From NCBI GenBank assembly GCA_965216755.1, contig CBDCGL010000011.1, forward strand, positions 1,856,001-1,920,000: a stretch of 64,000 nucleotides of DNA, read 5' to 3'. Numbering within the stretch: the first letter of the stretch is position 1; the number at the start of each line of letters is the position of its first letter. The position numbers and the translations under genes are program-made. The notes under the pieces were generated by a model. That model saw nothing but the letters and a program-made list of their open reading frames with translations. It was not told where the DNA came from and searched no databases. This DNA comes from Alphaproteobacteria bacterium (GTDB lineage: Bacteria; Pseudomonadota; Alphaproteobacteria; UBA7887). Below, one piece after another: positions 11,080 to 21,119 of this stretch.

Positions 11080-11912
11080 GTAAGACCAAACTGGCCGGCA
11101 AAGTCGCGCTGATCACGGGCGGCGCGCGCGGCCTGGGACGCGGTTATGCGTTGCGCTTGGCCGGCCTCGGCGCCGATATCGCCATTATCGATCGTAACCT
11201 CAAGGCGGCCGACGTCTACGCGTTCGAACGGGCCTTGCTCACAGCAGACACGGTGATGGAGGAGTGTGAGGCTCTGGGCGTGCGGGCGACCGGCCTGGAA
11301 GTCGATTTGATCAATCGTGGCGCGACCGAGGCGGCGGTCGCCCAAATTGCCGCAGATCTGGGGCGCATCGATATCGCGATCTGCAATGCAGGCGGCGGCA
11401 CTGTGAGGTTCGCTGACGAGCACCCCACACAAGCCGGCGCCAATGCCGTCATGGACGAAGTAACCACGGGAACTCCGGCTGATTGTCCGGACACCATGCT
11501 CGAACGCGTCATGGACCTCAACATCAAAACCTGCATGCACACTTGTATGGCTGTTGCGCCCTATATGAAGCGCCAAGGGGGCGGCAAAATCATCACCGTA
11601 TCGTCGACTGCCGGTGTCGGTGCCCGGGGCAGCTATCATCCCTATGGCACGGCCAAGGCCGCGATCATTCATTACACGCGGGCACTCGCCCAGGAGCTGG
11701 CGCCGTTCAATATCAACGTCAATGCAATTGCGCCGGGAATCATTCGAACCGGGCGACTCGGTGATCGTGCAAGAATGGCCGCGGAACGCGTGCCGTTGGG
11801 ACGCGAAGGCACGATCGATGATTGCGCCGGCGTGGTCGAGTTCCTGGCGACCGACCTGTCCGACTATGTCACCGGACGCACAATCATCATCGACGGTGGA
11901 CTCGAACCATAG
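11076..11912 (+). CDS. SDR family oxidoreductase
   Basis: TGGARGLG, CNAGG and YGTAK catalytic motif; GTGA overlap with the pcaB stop. Confidence 0.93.
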   Translation: MSKTKLAGKVALITGGARGLGRGYALRLAGLGADIAIIDRNLKAADVYAFERALLTADTVMEECEALGVRATGLEVDLINRGATEAAVAQIAADLGRIDIAICNAGGGTVRFADEHPTQAGANAVMDEVTTGTPADCPDTMLERVMDLNIKTCMHTCMAVAPYMKRQGGGKIITVSSTAGVGARGSYHPYGTAKAAIIHYTRALAQELAPFNINVNAIAPGIIRTGRLGDRARMAAERVPLGREGTIDDCAGVVEFLATDLSDYVTGRTIIIDGGLEP

Positions 11913-11919
11913 CGCACCC

Positions 11920-13653
11920 TCACCCGTGTGCGAGTGGCGAGGTGACATCGCGAAACGACGGCTCGAACGACGTCACCACGTCGACCACGGTCGGCTTCTC
12001 AGTCGCGAGCGCCTCGGTCAGGGCATCTGCGATCCGGTCCGGGCTCTCGACCCGAATGCCGTTCACACCCATCGCTTTCGCAATCTCGGCGAAGTTCATC
12101 GCCGCAAACGTGCTGGCGATGGTGCGGTTGCCTTGGCCATGCTTGACCCAGCCCAACGCACTGTTGTTCAGGACCACTGCGACAATCGAGATGTTCTCGT
12201 CACGGGCGGTCATGATGCCGTTCATCGCCATGCCGAAACCGCCGTCGCCCGTCACCGCAATCACTTGTCGGCCGGGAAATACAAGCTTTCCGGCCAACGC
12301 CGCCGGTATCGCATAGCCCATGGCTCCTATCCCGGGCATCAGCAATGTGCCCGGTGCTTTGGTCTGAAAATAATGCACCATAAACAGGCGATTCTCGCCC
12401 GCATCACAGGTGAATAACGCATCCGCATCTGTTGCCGCGATGAGTTCTGAAAACAAGCGCTGTGGCATGATCGGCACGTCGCTCGAACTATATCCGACGT
12501 CCTCAAAAAAGCCGTGCGCGGCACGGGCTGCATTCAACGCCTGCTTGCGCGCGGCGATTGTCTCGCCCGTTCGTGCTCCGGTCGCCCTCACCGCATCCGC
12601 GATCTGTGTCAGTGCATCACCGGCGTCCCCAACGACCACCGTATCGCAGGGAAAGGTCCAACTGGCGTTTTTCGGTTCGATATCGATCTGCACCAGCGTC
12701 TGCCTCGCCGGATCAATCAGTGCCGGATTCTCGTTGGCGCTATCCGCGGGACCCAAGCGGGTACCGACAGCCAACACCATGTCCGCGTCGCCGATGACTG
12801 CGTTGGCTGTCGCCTGACCAAAGTTTCCGCAGACGCCCAGCGCCCAATCGGCCGTTTCCGCAAAAACGCCCTTTCCGGACGCGCTAGTGGCGACCGGCGC
12901 GCCGACCAAAGCGGCGAGCGCGGCCAGTTGATCGTAAGCCTGAGCAATGCGCACGCCATTGCCGGCAATGATGACGGGCTGCCGCGCGGCGCTCAACGCG
13001 CGCGCCGCATCCTTGATGCTGTTCGGATCCGCCGCCGGCTTGGCCGGAAGATAATGCGACGTCGGATACAGGAATGGCCTTTGCTTGGGATCGATCGTCC
13101 CCTGAAAACAACCGGAATGATAGATCACACCGACCGGGCCGCGTTCGCCGCTCAGGGCATGCTTAATGGCAAGCTGCGTGGCGTGGACGGCCTGCGCTGG
13201 CTGATGCGCTACCGACGTATATTTGGTCACCGCCGCCAAGGCTTGTTTCGTGTCCACAGCGCCATAGTCGCCGGTGCCACTCTGATAGGGCGCGTGCTGC
13301 GAGTACGGATGAACATCCGACAAATCAGTCAAGACCAGCATCGGTGACGATCCGAAATGTGCCTCGAGGGTGCCGAGAAACCCATTCGCGAGCATAAAGA
13401 TGCCCTGGCCGGTGCACACGCCGGGCTTACCGGTCAGACGACCGTAAACCTCGGCCATTACGCTCGCCAACTGCTCGTGGCGCACCAAAACTGCGCGGAT
13501 GGTCGATTGATGGTCGTATAGCGCGTCGTATAAGCGGCCCATATTGCCGCCCGCGATTCCAAAGACCATGTCGATGCCAGCTTCTTCCAAAACCCGCACA
13601 ATACCTTCGGCGCCACGGATTTCGTCCCGCAAACCAACACTTGTAGTTGCCAT
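11920..13653 (-). CDS. Thiamine pyrophosphate-dependent enzyme (acetolactate synthase-like)
   Basis: VRHEQLA and TPP motif GDGGFGM...NN; start taken at MATTSVG (13653). Confidence 0.9.
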   Translation of the reverse strand: MATTSVGLRDEIRGAEGIVRVLEEAGIDMVFGIAGGNMGRLYDALYDHQSTIRAVLVRHEQLASVMAEVYGRLTGKPGVCTGQGIFMLANGFLGTLEAHFGSSPMLVLTDLSDVHPYSQHAPYQSGTGDYGAVDTKQALAAVTKYTSVAHQPAQAVHATQLAIKHALSGERGPVGVIYHSGCFQGTIDPKQRPFLYPTSHYLPAKPAADPNSIKDAARALSAARQPVIIAGNGVRIAQAYDQLAALAALVGAPVATSASGKGVFAETADWALGVCGNFGQATANAVIGDADMVLAVGTRLGPADSANENPALIDPARQTLVQIDIEPKNASWTFPCDTVVVGDAGDALTQIADAVRATGARTGETIAARKQALNAARAAHGFFEDVGYSSSDVPIMPQRLFSELIAATDADALFTCDAGENRLFMVHYFQTKAPGTLLMPGIGAMGYAIPAALAGKLVFPGRQVIAVTGDGGFGMAMNGIMTARDENISIVAVVLNNSALGWVKHGQGNRTIASTFAAMNFAEIAKAMGVNGIRVESPDRIADALTEALATEKPTVVDVVTSFEPSFRDVTSPLAHG

Positions 13654-13907
13654 GTCACCCCCGCCGATATGGTGAGATTTCGCGCGATCGTAACAGCTCG
13701 TCCGTCGCAACCAACGTCGCGCTGCACATGGCACGCCCGCATTGCGCGCCGGGCTCCGCCCTACCCGTATCCGTAACCTTTGCCAGGTCCAGGGATAGCG
13801 CCTCTAAGCACCCATTTGAGGAATCTGCGATGCCGTGGTGATCTTGTCGGCGCACTGGCACGTACAAATCCTCTGTAAGCCACGACTGGCAGGAAGTTAT
13901 CCAGAAC

Positions 13908-14760
13908 GTGAACCGCGATGTCGTCATCATCGGCGCCGGGCCCGGCGGCCTCGCCGCTTCGTTGCTCCTGGCTAATGCCGGATGCAATGTCACCATCCTC
14001 GAGCGCCAACCACGGGTTGGCGGGCGATGTACAGCATTGGAAATCGACGGATTTCGGTTTGATTTGGGTCCAACCTTCTTTTTGCATCCGCGGACCCTAG
14101 AAGAGATTTTCGCGGCCTGCGGCGCGCGCTTGGCGCGGCATTTCACTGATGCGCGAATTCGCCTCGCCTTTTCGTTTCAGAGTAAATATCTCGGTATGTC
14201 ACCATTCGATTGCCCGAATTTGTTTACCATACTATCTTTCATTGAATACGCATTCGGTATCTTTCACCCAATTGGCGGCTGCGGCGCCGTGAGCGAAGCG
14301 ATGGCCGAACTGGCGCGGTCGATAGATGTGCGGATTCGTCTCAATGAGCCGGTCAAGCACTTGGTTTTTTCGGGGCGGCGCGCGGTCGGCGTCGAAACAT
14401 CGGCCGCTCGTTACTGCGCCGATGGCGACCCGCCCGGCTTGAGAAAACCGACTTATCCTGCTCAACCTTCATGATGAACCTCGGCATCAAGGGGCGCATC
14501 GATTCGCTTCAACATCACTCGACCCTGATTGCCGATGACTTTGCCAACGATATGTCCGATGGTCCGAGCGCGGCGGTTTTGCCGGCGCAACCGTCGCTTT
14601 ATGTTCAAAACGCGCGTGTGACCGATCCCGGTCTCGCGCCGACGAATTATAGTCCACTATATGTTTTGGCGCCGGTGGGGAGCTTGCGCGGCGGCACTGA
14701 TTGGCGGCAACAGCGACATCGATTCCGCGAAGTAGTCCTCGACCGGCTCGCTTGCAGATC
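13908..14760 (+). pseudogene. crtI: Degraded phytoene/diapophytoene desaturase (CrtI/CrtN family)
   Basis: GAGPGGL FAD motif, FDLGPTFF, FSFQSKYLGMSP and SLYVQNARVTDPGLAP are recognisable. The gene is split by a frameshift near 14470, has large internal deletions and lacks the C-terminus. Confidence 0.8.
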
Positions 14761-14811
14761 GGCATCTTCTTCGTCCACAGCGAACTGCCCACCAGACTCG
14801 CACAGACCAAC

Positions 14812-15786
14812 TCACCGAACCCGGCCGATCCATAGGAACGGTCGCCGGGTTGGGCGATCCATGAAGGCGGGCCAGCGCGCCACGGCCGGCGGGATCTGAA
14901 TTGGCACCATGGCCTCTTGTTTGCCGAGCGCGACCAGTTCCGCGACGCGATCCTCCGTACGTGGATGGGTACGCAGAAGGCTTGAATCGACCTGGCGTTG
15001 CCCGGGTCGCAGCACCCTTTGCCACCACTTGGTCTGTGCACCTTCGATACGCAGCAACGCCGCAGCCAAACCGGCCGGATCGCCGGTCAAACGCGCCGCT
15101 TCCGTATCAGCGGCGAACTCGCGTGTCCGCGACAAGGCCAACTGCAATAGATCGACGATCATCGGCGCGGCGATCAGCAAGGCGATGACCGCCCAGGACA
15201 CTGTATCCGCCCCGCCGCCAAGCAAAGGCAAGGCGAAAAAGGCAGCGATCAAGCCGACGAACGACAGGGCGCGGGTCATCCGTCCGATCATCGCCGCCAG
15301 CATCATGACACCGATGTCGTTGTGGCGAATGTGACTGATTTCGTGCGCCATGACACCGGCGAACTCGCGCAAAGGCATGCTCCTGAGCAGTCCGTCAGTC
15401 ACGGCGATGGCGGCATTACCAGGTTTGCCGACCGTTACCGCGTTCATCGTCGGGCTGGGCAGGTAATACAGGGCCGGCAGCGAGTCCAGCTGCGCGCGCG
15501 CGGCGAGCGTGGATACGACCTTGTAGATTTCCGGCGCATCGGCCGCGCGCAGCGGCATCGCCCCCGACAATCGCAGCAAGACCCCGCGTGAGACCCATCG
15601 TGCGATCAACACGCCGAACGCGCCAATCACCGCAAGCCACAAAACGCCCTTCGCGCCCGCGACGATCCAGCCACAGGCGGCCAGCAGGCCGACCATGGCC
15701 AACATCAACGCCCCGGTTTGCAGGGCATTCTGGAAAGCGCGCGCGCGGCGGCGCTCATGATCGATCGGTACAAAGTAAGACGTCAC
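14812..15786 (-). CDS. Zinc metalloprotease, HtpX/M48 family
   Basis: AHEISHIRHND (HEXXH), LSRTREFAAD and RTHP motifs with TM helices. GTG 15786 taken as the likely start; the ORF extends to 15894. Confidence 0.9.
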   Translation of the reverse strand: MTSYFVPIDHERRRARAFQNALQTGALMLAMVGLLAACGWIVAGAKGVLWLAVIGAFGVLIARWVSRGVLLRLSGAMPLRAADAPEIYKVVSTLAARAQLDSLPALYYLPSPTMNAVTVGKPGNAAIAVTDGLLRSMPLREFAGVMAHEISHIRHNDIGVMMLAAMIGRMTRALSFVGLIAAFFALPLLGGGADTVSWAVIALLIAAPMIVDLLQLALSRTREFAADTEAARLTGDPAGLAAALLRIEGAQTKWWQRVLRPGQRQVDSSLLRTHPRTEDRVAELVALGKQEAMVPIQIPPAVARWPAFMDRPTRRPFLWIGRVR

Positions 15787-15913
15787 AGTACTCTCATAGG
15801 TAGGAAGCATTCGCCGACCCGACAAGCCGACCATACCCGGTCCGGTAATCGCGACTTTGGGGCCGCCCTGGGGTACCATAGACCCAACGAGCAATGTTCA
15901 AGAGGGGGCGGCG

Positions 15914-16835
15914 ATGACCCTGGCGCGATCGGTCCAAGACCTCAAGACACCAAGTGTGTTGAACAGCGAAGAATGGGCTTTGCGCGTCCGTTTGGCCGCG
16001 GCCTATCGGGTTGCGGCCCACTTGGGTTGGACCGAGTCGATTTACGGCCATATCACCCTGCGCGTGCCCGGGCCGGAACGCCATTTTCTAATCAACCCTT
16101 GGGGCTTGCGGTTTGATGAAGTGACCGCATCCAGTCTGGTCAAGATCAACGCCGATGGCGCGGTGGTCGGCGACAGCGCGTACGGTGTCAATCGCGCCGG
16201 CTTTACCATCCACAGTGCCATTCATGAAGCGCGCGACAATGCCCATTGCGTGTTTCACATTCACACCACGGCCGGCATGGCCGTCGCCGCGCAAGCCGAC
16301 GGTCTGTTGCCCGTCAGCATGCCCGCCACCGGATTTTATCAGCGCGTGGCCTATCATGACTATGAAGGACCGAGCCTGAAACTGGATGAACGTGCGCGCC
16401 TGGTGGCGTCACTCGGCGACAAAAATGTACTGATCCTGCGCACACACGGGCTGTTGACCTGCGGCCACACCACAGAAGAAGCCTTTATTCGCATGTTTCG
16501 TCTCCAGCGAGCCTGCGAAATCCAAATCGCCGCCCTTGGGAAATCTCGTATCCGGCGGCACGCGTTTAACCGTACCGTCGGAAACTTCTTTGCGAAGCTC
16601 AAGGAATTCAAAGCGGTCGTCTGTGCGCCGCGTCATCAATTCTCGATGAAGAATCCAAATCGCCGCCCAATCCGGCGGAACGCGTTTAACCGTACCGTCG
16701 GAAACCGTCTGTCGAGAAGCCGCAGTTCTGACCGATGATTTTTTGTCAGGGAATGACGGCGAACCGGTCGGCGCCCTGGAATTCAACGCCTATGTGCGTT
16801 TGATCGAGCAACAAGACGCGTCATTCCGCGAGTAA
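15914..16835 (+). pseudogene. Class II aldolase/adducin family protein interrupted by a 133-bp insert (frameshift)
   Basis: HITLRVPG, AGFTIHSAIH, HIHT and LRTHGLL motifs. The native C-terminus (...ALEFNAYVRLIEQQDASFRE*, TAA 16833-16835) is in another frame and is restored by removing 16536-16668. Confidence 0.8.
16536..16668 (+). mobile_element. Mosaic insert with IS5-family transposase C-terminal fragments and duplicated host sequence
   Basis: NFFAKLKEFK and VINSR* pieces match the C-terminus of IS5 (IS427-group) transposases as I recall it. Direct repeats lie at 16519-16535/16652-16668 and 16550-16585/16670-16705. Confidence 0.55.
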
Positions 16836-16854
16836 CCAAGGACACGGGGGCAAA

Positions 16855-17346
16855 ATGACCTGCCGCGCGGCTCTATTCCTTGTCAGCGTTGTCGCGATGC
16901 TCGCCAGCACGGCCGCGAGAGCTGACTACCAGGCTGGCGTCCGACAATTCGACCGTGGCGATTATGTCGGTGCCGCCGATGCATGGCGCGATGCCGCCCT
17001 GTCCGGCGATCTGAACGCGCGTTTTCAACTGGGTCGGCTTTATGAGGAAGGACTCGGCGTGCCACAAAGCTATGTGCATGCACATGCCTGGTACAACCTG
17101 GCCGCGGCTCTCGGCCATCCAGAAGCACGAGCGGCGCGCGACACGCTGGCCGGCGGCATGACCGGAGAGCAAATCGCGGCCGCGCAAACGTTGGCCGTCC
17201 AAATGAGCAGCGGGGCGCCTGCGTCTTCAGATCCAAGCGTTGTGGCGGCGCCAACGGGCGTCGCAAAATCACCAGCACCGGCGCGAAACGGCAATGACAA
17301 TCCCAACTTGGTACCAAACGTCTATCGGCACACCAACTGGCGCTAG
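16855..17346 (+). CDS. Secreted Sel1-like repeat protein
   Basis: Signal peptide (ARA-D); ARFQLGRLYEEGLGVPQSYVHAHAWYNLAAALG Sel1 repeat. Confidence 0.85.
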   Translation: MTCRAALFLVSVVAMLASTAARADYQAGVRQFDRGDYVGAADAWRDAALSGDLNARFQLGRLYEEGLGVPQSYVHAHAWYNLAAALGHPEARAARDTLAGGMTGEQIAAAQTLAVQMSSGAPASSDPSVVAAPTGVAKSPAPARNGNDNPNLVPNVYRHTNWR

Positions 17347-17473
17347 TCAATTGACCGTCAAAGTCACCCATTGGCCGGGCGCCTCGGGCTAACCCTTTCC
17401 CAATCCGCCGCGCTTTGCCAAGATAGTCGCCACAAATATGACCGGGTGCATGAAGCGCGGGGAGGAAAGAAAC

Positions 17474-18547
17474 ATGAAACGGCGCGCATTCTTGAAAGGC
17501 GCGGCCGCCGGCGCGGCCGCCGCCGCGATGGTTTCGGCCCCCGCCATCGCCCAACAGAAGTTCGAATGGCGCATGGTCACCACCTGGCCGCGGAATTTTC
17601 CGGCGCTGGGCACCGGCGCCCAACGCATGGCCGACAACATCACGGCGATGTCCGGCGGCCGTCTCACGGTAAAGCTTTACGGCGCCGGCGAATTGGTGCC
17701 GGCGTTTGAAGTCTTCGACTATGTGCGCGAAGGCAACGCCGAATGTGGCCACGATGCGCCCTACTATTGGATCAACAAGCACTCGGCCGTGCCGTTCTTT
17801 TGTTCGGTCCCGGCGGGCTTGACGCCGCAAGAACATACCGCCTGGATCTACGGGGGTGGCGGCCAAGAGCTGTGGGACGAACTTTACGATGAGTTCGGCT
17901 TGATCGCCTTTTTGGCCGGATCTGGCTGCCCGAACATGGGTGGTTGGTTTCAGCGCGAGATCAATTCGCTGGATGACCTCAACGGCTTGAAAATGCGGAT
18001 ACCCGGCCTGGGTGCAGAAGTATTTGCGCGCCTTGGCGTCACGACATTGAACCTTGCCGGGGGCGAAATCTTACCATCGCTACAGACCGGCGCGATCGAC
18101 GCCACGGAATGGGCGGGGCCCTATTTGGATCTGGCGTTCGGGTTCTACAAAGTCGCGAAATATTACTACGGCCCCGGGGTTCACGAACCGGGTCCAGGCC
18201 TGTCTTTGGTCATTAACAAGGAGGCATACGAAGCTCTGCCCGACGACCTGAAACTGATTGTCAGAACCGCGGCCGGTGACGAAAATGGCCGCATGATCGC
18301 CGAAACGACCGCATTCAATGCCTCAGCGTTGGAGACGTTGATCCAGGAACACGGCGTCGATGTGCGTCATTTTCCGGACGACGTGTTGCAAGCGATGTTC
18401 GAAATATCAGAACAAGTACTCACCGAAACGGCGGCGAAGACCGAGATCGGCGGCCGCATTTTCGACAGCTGGAATGCATTCCGCGGACGCATGGCAAGCA
18501 ATGCGGCATTCAGTGAACTTGGCTACATGGGTAATCGTGCTGCCTAG
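17474..18547 (+). CDS. TRAP transporter solute-binding protein (DctP/TakP-like), Tat-exported
   Basis: KRRAFL Tat motif, WRMVTTWP, GLKMRIPGLG and IDATEWAGP; RBS GGAGG upstream. Confidence 0.93.
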   Translation: MKRRAFLKGAAAGAAAAAMVSAPAIAQQKFEWRMVTTWPRNFPALGTGAQRMADNITAMSGGRLTVKLYGAGELVPAFEVFDYVREGNAECGHDAPYYWINKHSAVPFFCSVPAGLTPQEHTAWIYGGGGQELWDELYDEFGLIAFLAGSGCPNMGGWFQREINSLDDLNGLKMRIPGLGAEVFARLGVTTLNLAGGEILPSLQTGAIDATEWAGPYLDLAFGFYKVAKYYYGPGVHEPGPGLSLVINKEAYEALPDDLKLIVRTAAGDENGRMIAETTAFNASALETLIQEHGVDVRHFPDDVLQAMFEISEQVLTETAAKTEIGGRIFDSWNAFRGRMASNAAFSELGYMGNRAA

Positions 18548-19826
18548 TCACAAGATTGAACGGCTTCGCGCGGCACACCGTCGTGTCGCCGTGGCGCTGT
18601 GGCTCGTTTGTGCCGGGAGTCTTCTTGCCGCCTGCTCCGAAACACCGGAGGAACGGGCCCGTGCCGCCTACGACAGCGGCGATTTTGAAGACGCACGCCT
18701 GTTAGCGGCCAAACTTGCCGCGCAAGACAATATTGTTGGCCTTGAGCTGCTGACCTTGATCCATCTGCAGGGCCTTGGCGGTCCGATCGACTACGTGCAG
18801 GCCATGGACTATGCCGAACGGGCCGCGCGGGTCGACCAATCCTATAAGTCCCTCGATCGCACCATCCGCCTGCGTATCGGCGAAGCCGTTGGCGCCTCGC
18901 AGCGCGCCTTCAAGCGTGAAGACTATGAGCGCGCTTATGATATTGCGGAACCACTCGCCCGATATGGTCACGAACAAAGCGCCGCGATCGTCCAGATGAT
19001 GCGCGATCAGCAATATGTCCGCCTCGATGGCTCTGACATGTCGTGGCAATTTTTTTGGCAGGATTGCAGCGGCAATACGCGGTACGATTCCACCGACGGT
19101 GACCGCGATCCGTTTGCCGAAAAATGCGTGGGCCGCAGGGCGATTTGGGATGGCTTGGTGACGCGCGTTGTGCGCAACGACGTCTATATTCGCATGACAC
19201 CGGGGCGCCCGCGTGCACGCGACGACCTGGTCCTGAAATTCGATGATGACAAAATCGATCGCAGTCTTGCCAGCCCGGGCAAAAAGATTCGCTTTCGGGG
19301 CGAAATCAACACGCGCGGCAATCCCAACGAACCCGACACATTGATCCATGCCGCATTGATCGGCCCAGCGCCCCTGACAGCCCAAGAAGAAGCCGCGGCG
19401 ATCGCGAGAAAAGAAGAAACTCTTCTGCGCCGGGTCATGCAAGGTTGCCAAACGCTGGTCGAACGCCAGCTGGAAGCAAGCCACATGCCGGATTGGGCGC
19501 TGAGCCTGCCCGAAGAAATCCGTGCAGTAACCAAGCGTGGCCGAAATTTCTTTGTCGCAATCGGAATCACAAGCAAGGAGAACGCATTTCGCAAACTGGA
19601 CGACGGCAGTTGGACGTCGGAGTTCACCGGCTATTTCTCGGTGCAAAGTTCCGTTGCACGCATGGCGTCAACCGCTGATTTCATTGCCCACTGTGAAGCA
19701 GACAGTTCCTTTGAATCGAATTCGCCGTTTGAGGAGCACATTGCGGTTGAAGTGGTTCAAGTATCCGCACCGCGCATGCTCCAAGCGCCGGCCGCACGAC
19801 GCGGTCGTAGTACGGTGACCCGATAG
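18537..19826 (+). CDS. Hypothetical lipoprotein with a Sel1-like N-terminal region
   Basis: GTG start overlapping the end of the DctP gene; lipobox LLAAC; HLQGLGGPIDYVQAMDY Sel1-like segment. Confidence 0.7.
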   Translation: MLPSHKIERLRAAHRRVAVALWLVCAGSLLAACSETPEERARAAYDSGDFEDARLLAAKLAAQDNIVGLELLTLIHLQGLGGPIDYVQAMDYAERAARVDQSYKSLDRTIRLRIGEAVGASQRAFKREDYERAYDIAEPLARYGHEQSAAIVQMMRDQQYVRLDGSDMSWQFFWQDCSGNTRYDSTDGDRDPFAEKCVGRRAIWDGLVTRVVRNDVYIRMTPGRPRARDDLVLKFDDDKIDRSLASPGKKIRFRGEINTRGNPNEPDTLIHAALIGPAPLTAQEEAAAIARKEETLLRRVMQGCQTLVERQLEASHMPDWALSLPEEIRAVTKRGRNFFVAIGITSKENAFRKLDDGSWTSEFTGYFSVQSSVARMASTADFIAHCEADSSFESNSPFEEHIAVEVVQVSAPRMLQAPAARRGRSTVTR

Positions 19827-19828
19827 GC

Positions 19829-20776
19829 TCACTCCTCGAGCGGACGCGGCGCGTAACGCAGATCAGTCTCCTGTATCGCTGTCCACAAACGCGCGGCCGT
19901 GGCTTTGTGACCGTCTCGCGTTTGATGGCGGTCATCGCAATAGTTCGTCTCGTCCGCGTGCCGAATATCGATCAGCACGCTACGTGGATGGTTTGCAAAA
20001 TTGACCATCCGTTCATGAACGGCGCGCGACCAACCCTCGGCTGGGCCACGCGCCGGCAATGACATCAGTGCAACTTGGAAGTCGAACTGCTCAGCAAGCG
20101 CAAAAACGCTTTCAAGCCGCGCGTTGAATCGTGCCAACGCCATATCCAGCGTTGCTTCGTCGATGTTACGCGGCACCTCGCGGTCGCGGGCACCAGCAAT
20201 GCGTTCGAAGGCATGCTCGACCGTGACGGCAATCAGTTCGTAGGCGAGCGATTTCTCGCGGACAGCGGTGTGCCACCGCTGCACCTCGCTCGGCGTGGCC
20301 AAGTCGCCCGTGCTTGCGGTCCAGAACACAAGATCGGGTCGTCCGATATGCAGAGCGCCGGCTAAAGTGCGTGCTGCAAATACGCTGTCAGACCCCGCAC
20401 GGGCGAAATTTCGAATCACACCGCCGGCAATGAGAACCAACTCATGCGCCCATGACGACGAGTCGTCTGTGCAGTAAAATCCGCCGGTCGCACCGTCACC
20501 GAACGCCCACGCGACAAACGGCCGCCGGCCATCATCGCGTCCCATGGCCAACGCGCGTGTGACGCCTTCACGTGCCGGCAGCGCCGTGGTTCGCGGTACG
20601 CCGTCCGTGTAAACATAGGCACGTTGCTGCGACACGTCGTGCACATGCACACGCACACGGGGATCGATTCCGTAAAATACCGCGCCCCAATCGTTCGCGA
20701 ACTGCCGCATGCCGAAGCGGGCCGCGACTTCCAACAAAATCAGGGCAGCAATGACAATGAACAAAAACCGTCTCAT
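19829..20776 (-). CDS. Membrane-anchored SGNH/GDSL-fold-like protein
   Basis: N-terminal TM (LLEVAAR), block I-like AFGDGATGG and block V-like DDRHQTRDGH. Confidence 0.6.
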   Translation of the reverse strand: MRRFLFIVIAALILLEVAARFGMRQFANDWGAVFYGIDPRVRVHVHDVSQQRAYVYTDGVPRTTALPAREGVTRALAMGRDDGRRPFVAWAFGDGATGGFYCTDDSSSWAHELVLIAGGVIRNFARAGSDSVFAARTLAGALHIGRPDLVFWTASTGDLATPSEVQRWHTAVREKSLAYELIAVTVEHAFERIAGARDREVPRNIDEATLDMALARFNARLESVFALAEQFDFQVALMSLPARGPAEGWSRAVHERMVNFANHPRSVLIDIRHADETNYCDDRHQTRDGHKATAARLWTAIQETDLRYAPRPLEE

Positions 20777-21056
20777 GGCGTCACAACCATAACATTGGTT
20801 TTTGTCGCCTCTTGTTTTTCTAGTCCCGCATGTTGAATGGCAACCATAGGACCTTGCCCCAAGATACGCGACTACATACCAACAGGCATCGCCTTTTCGG
20901 GCTCCCTTTTTTTGGACTTGGCAGCAAATAGGGCATGGCGTCGAAAGCGGACACAGAAGTACCCGTGCGCCAATCGAACGTCATGCTCAAAAATCCGGAT
21001 TGGTACGTTGGGATGCGGACAGGGTGGTCTGCGCCACCACTATCCTAAATGACAAA

Positions 21057-21097
21057 TGAAAAGGCCACGTGGCTTATTCACCACGTGGCCAGTTTCA
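21057..21097 (-). terminator. Intrinsic terminator after the Mo-hydroxylase operon
   Basis: GGCCACGTGG-loop-CCACGTGGCC stem followed by a T-tract on the minus strand, just downstream of the stop at 21120. Confidence 0.7.
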
Positions 21098-21119
21098 TGA
21101 GCCGCAACCGCGTGTATCG

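Noticed and set aside
11019-11948. Long antisense ORFs (309 aa here; also 16883-17866, 18702-19646, 49688-50599)
   Set aside because: Shadows of well-supported genes on the opposite strand, expected at high GC
13729-13746. Sigma-54 promoter upstream of the crtI relic
   Set aside because: The spacing between GG and GC is 2 bp too long
16550-16705. 36-bp direct repeat pair as a mini-CRISPR
   Set aside because: Only two copies, the repeat is coding sequence of the aldolase, and no cas genes are present
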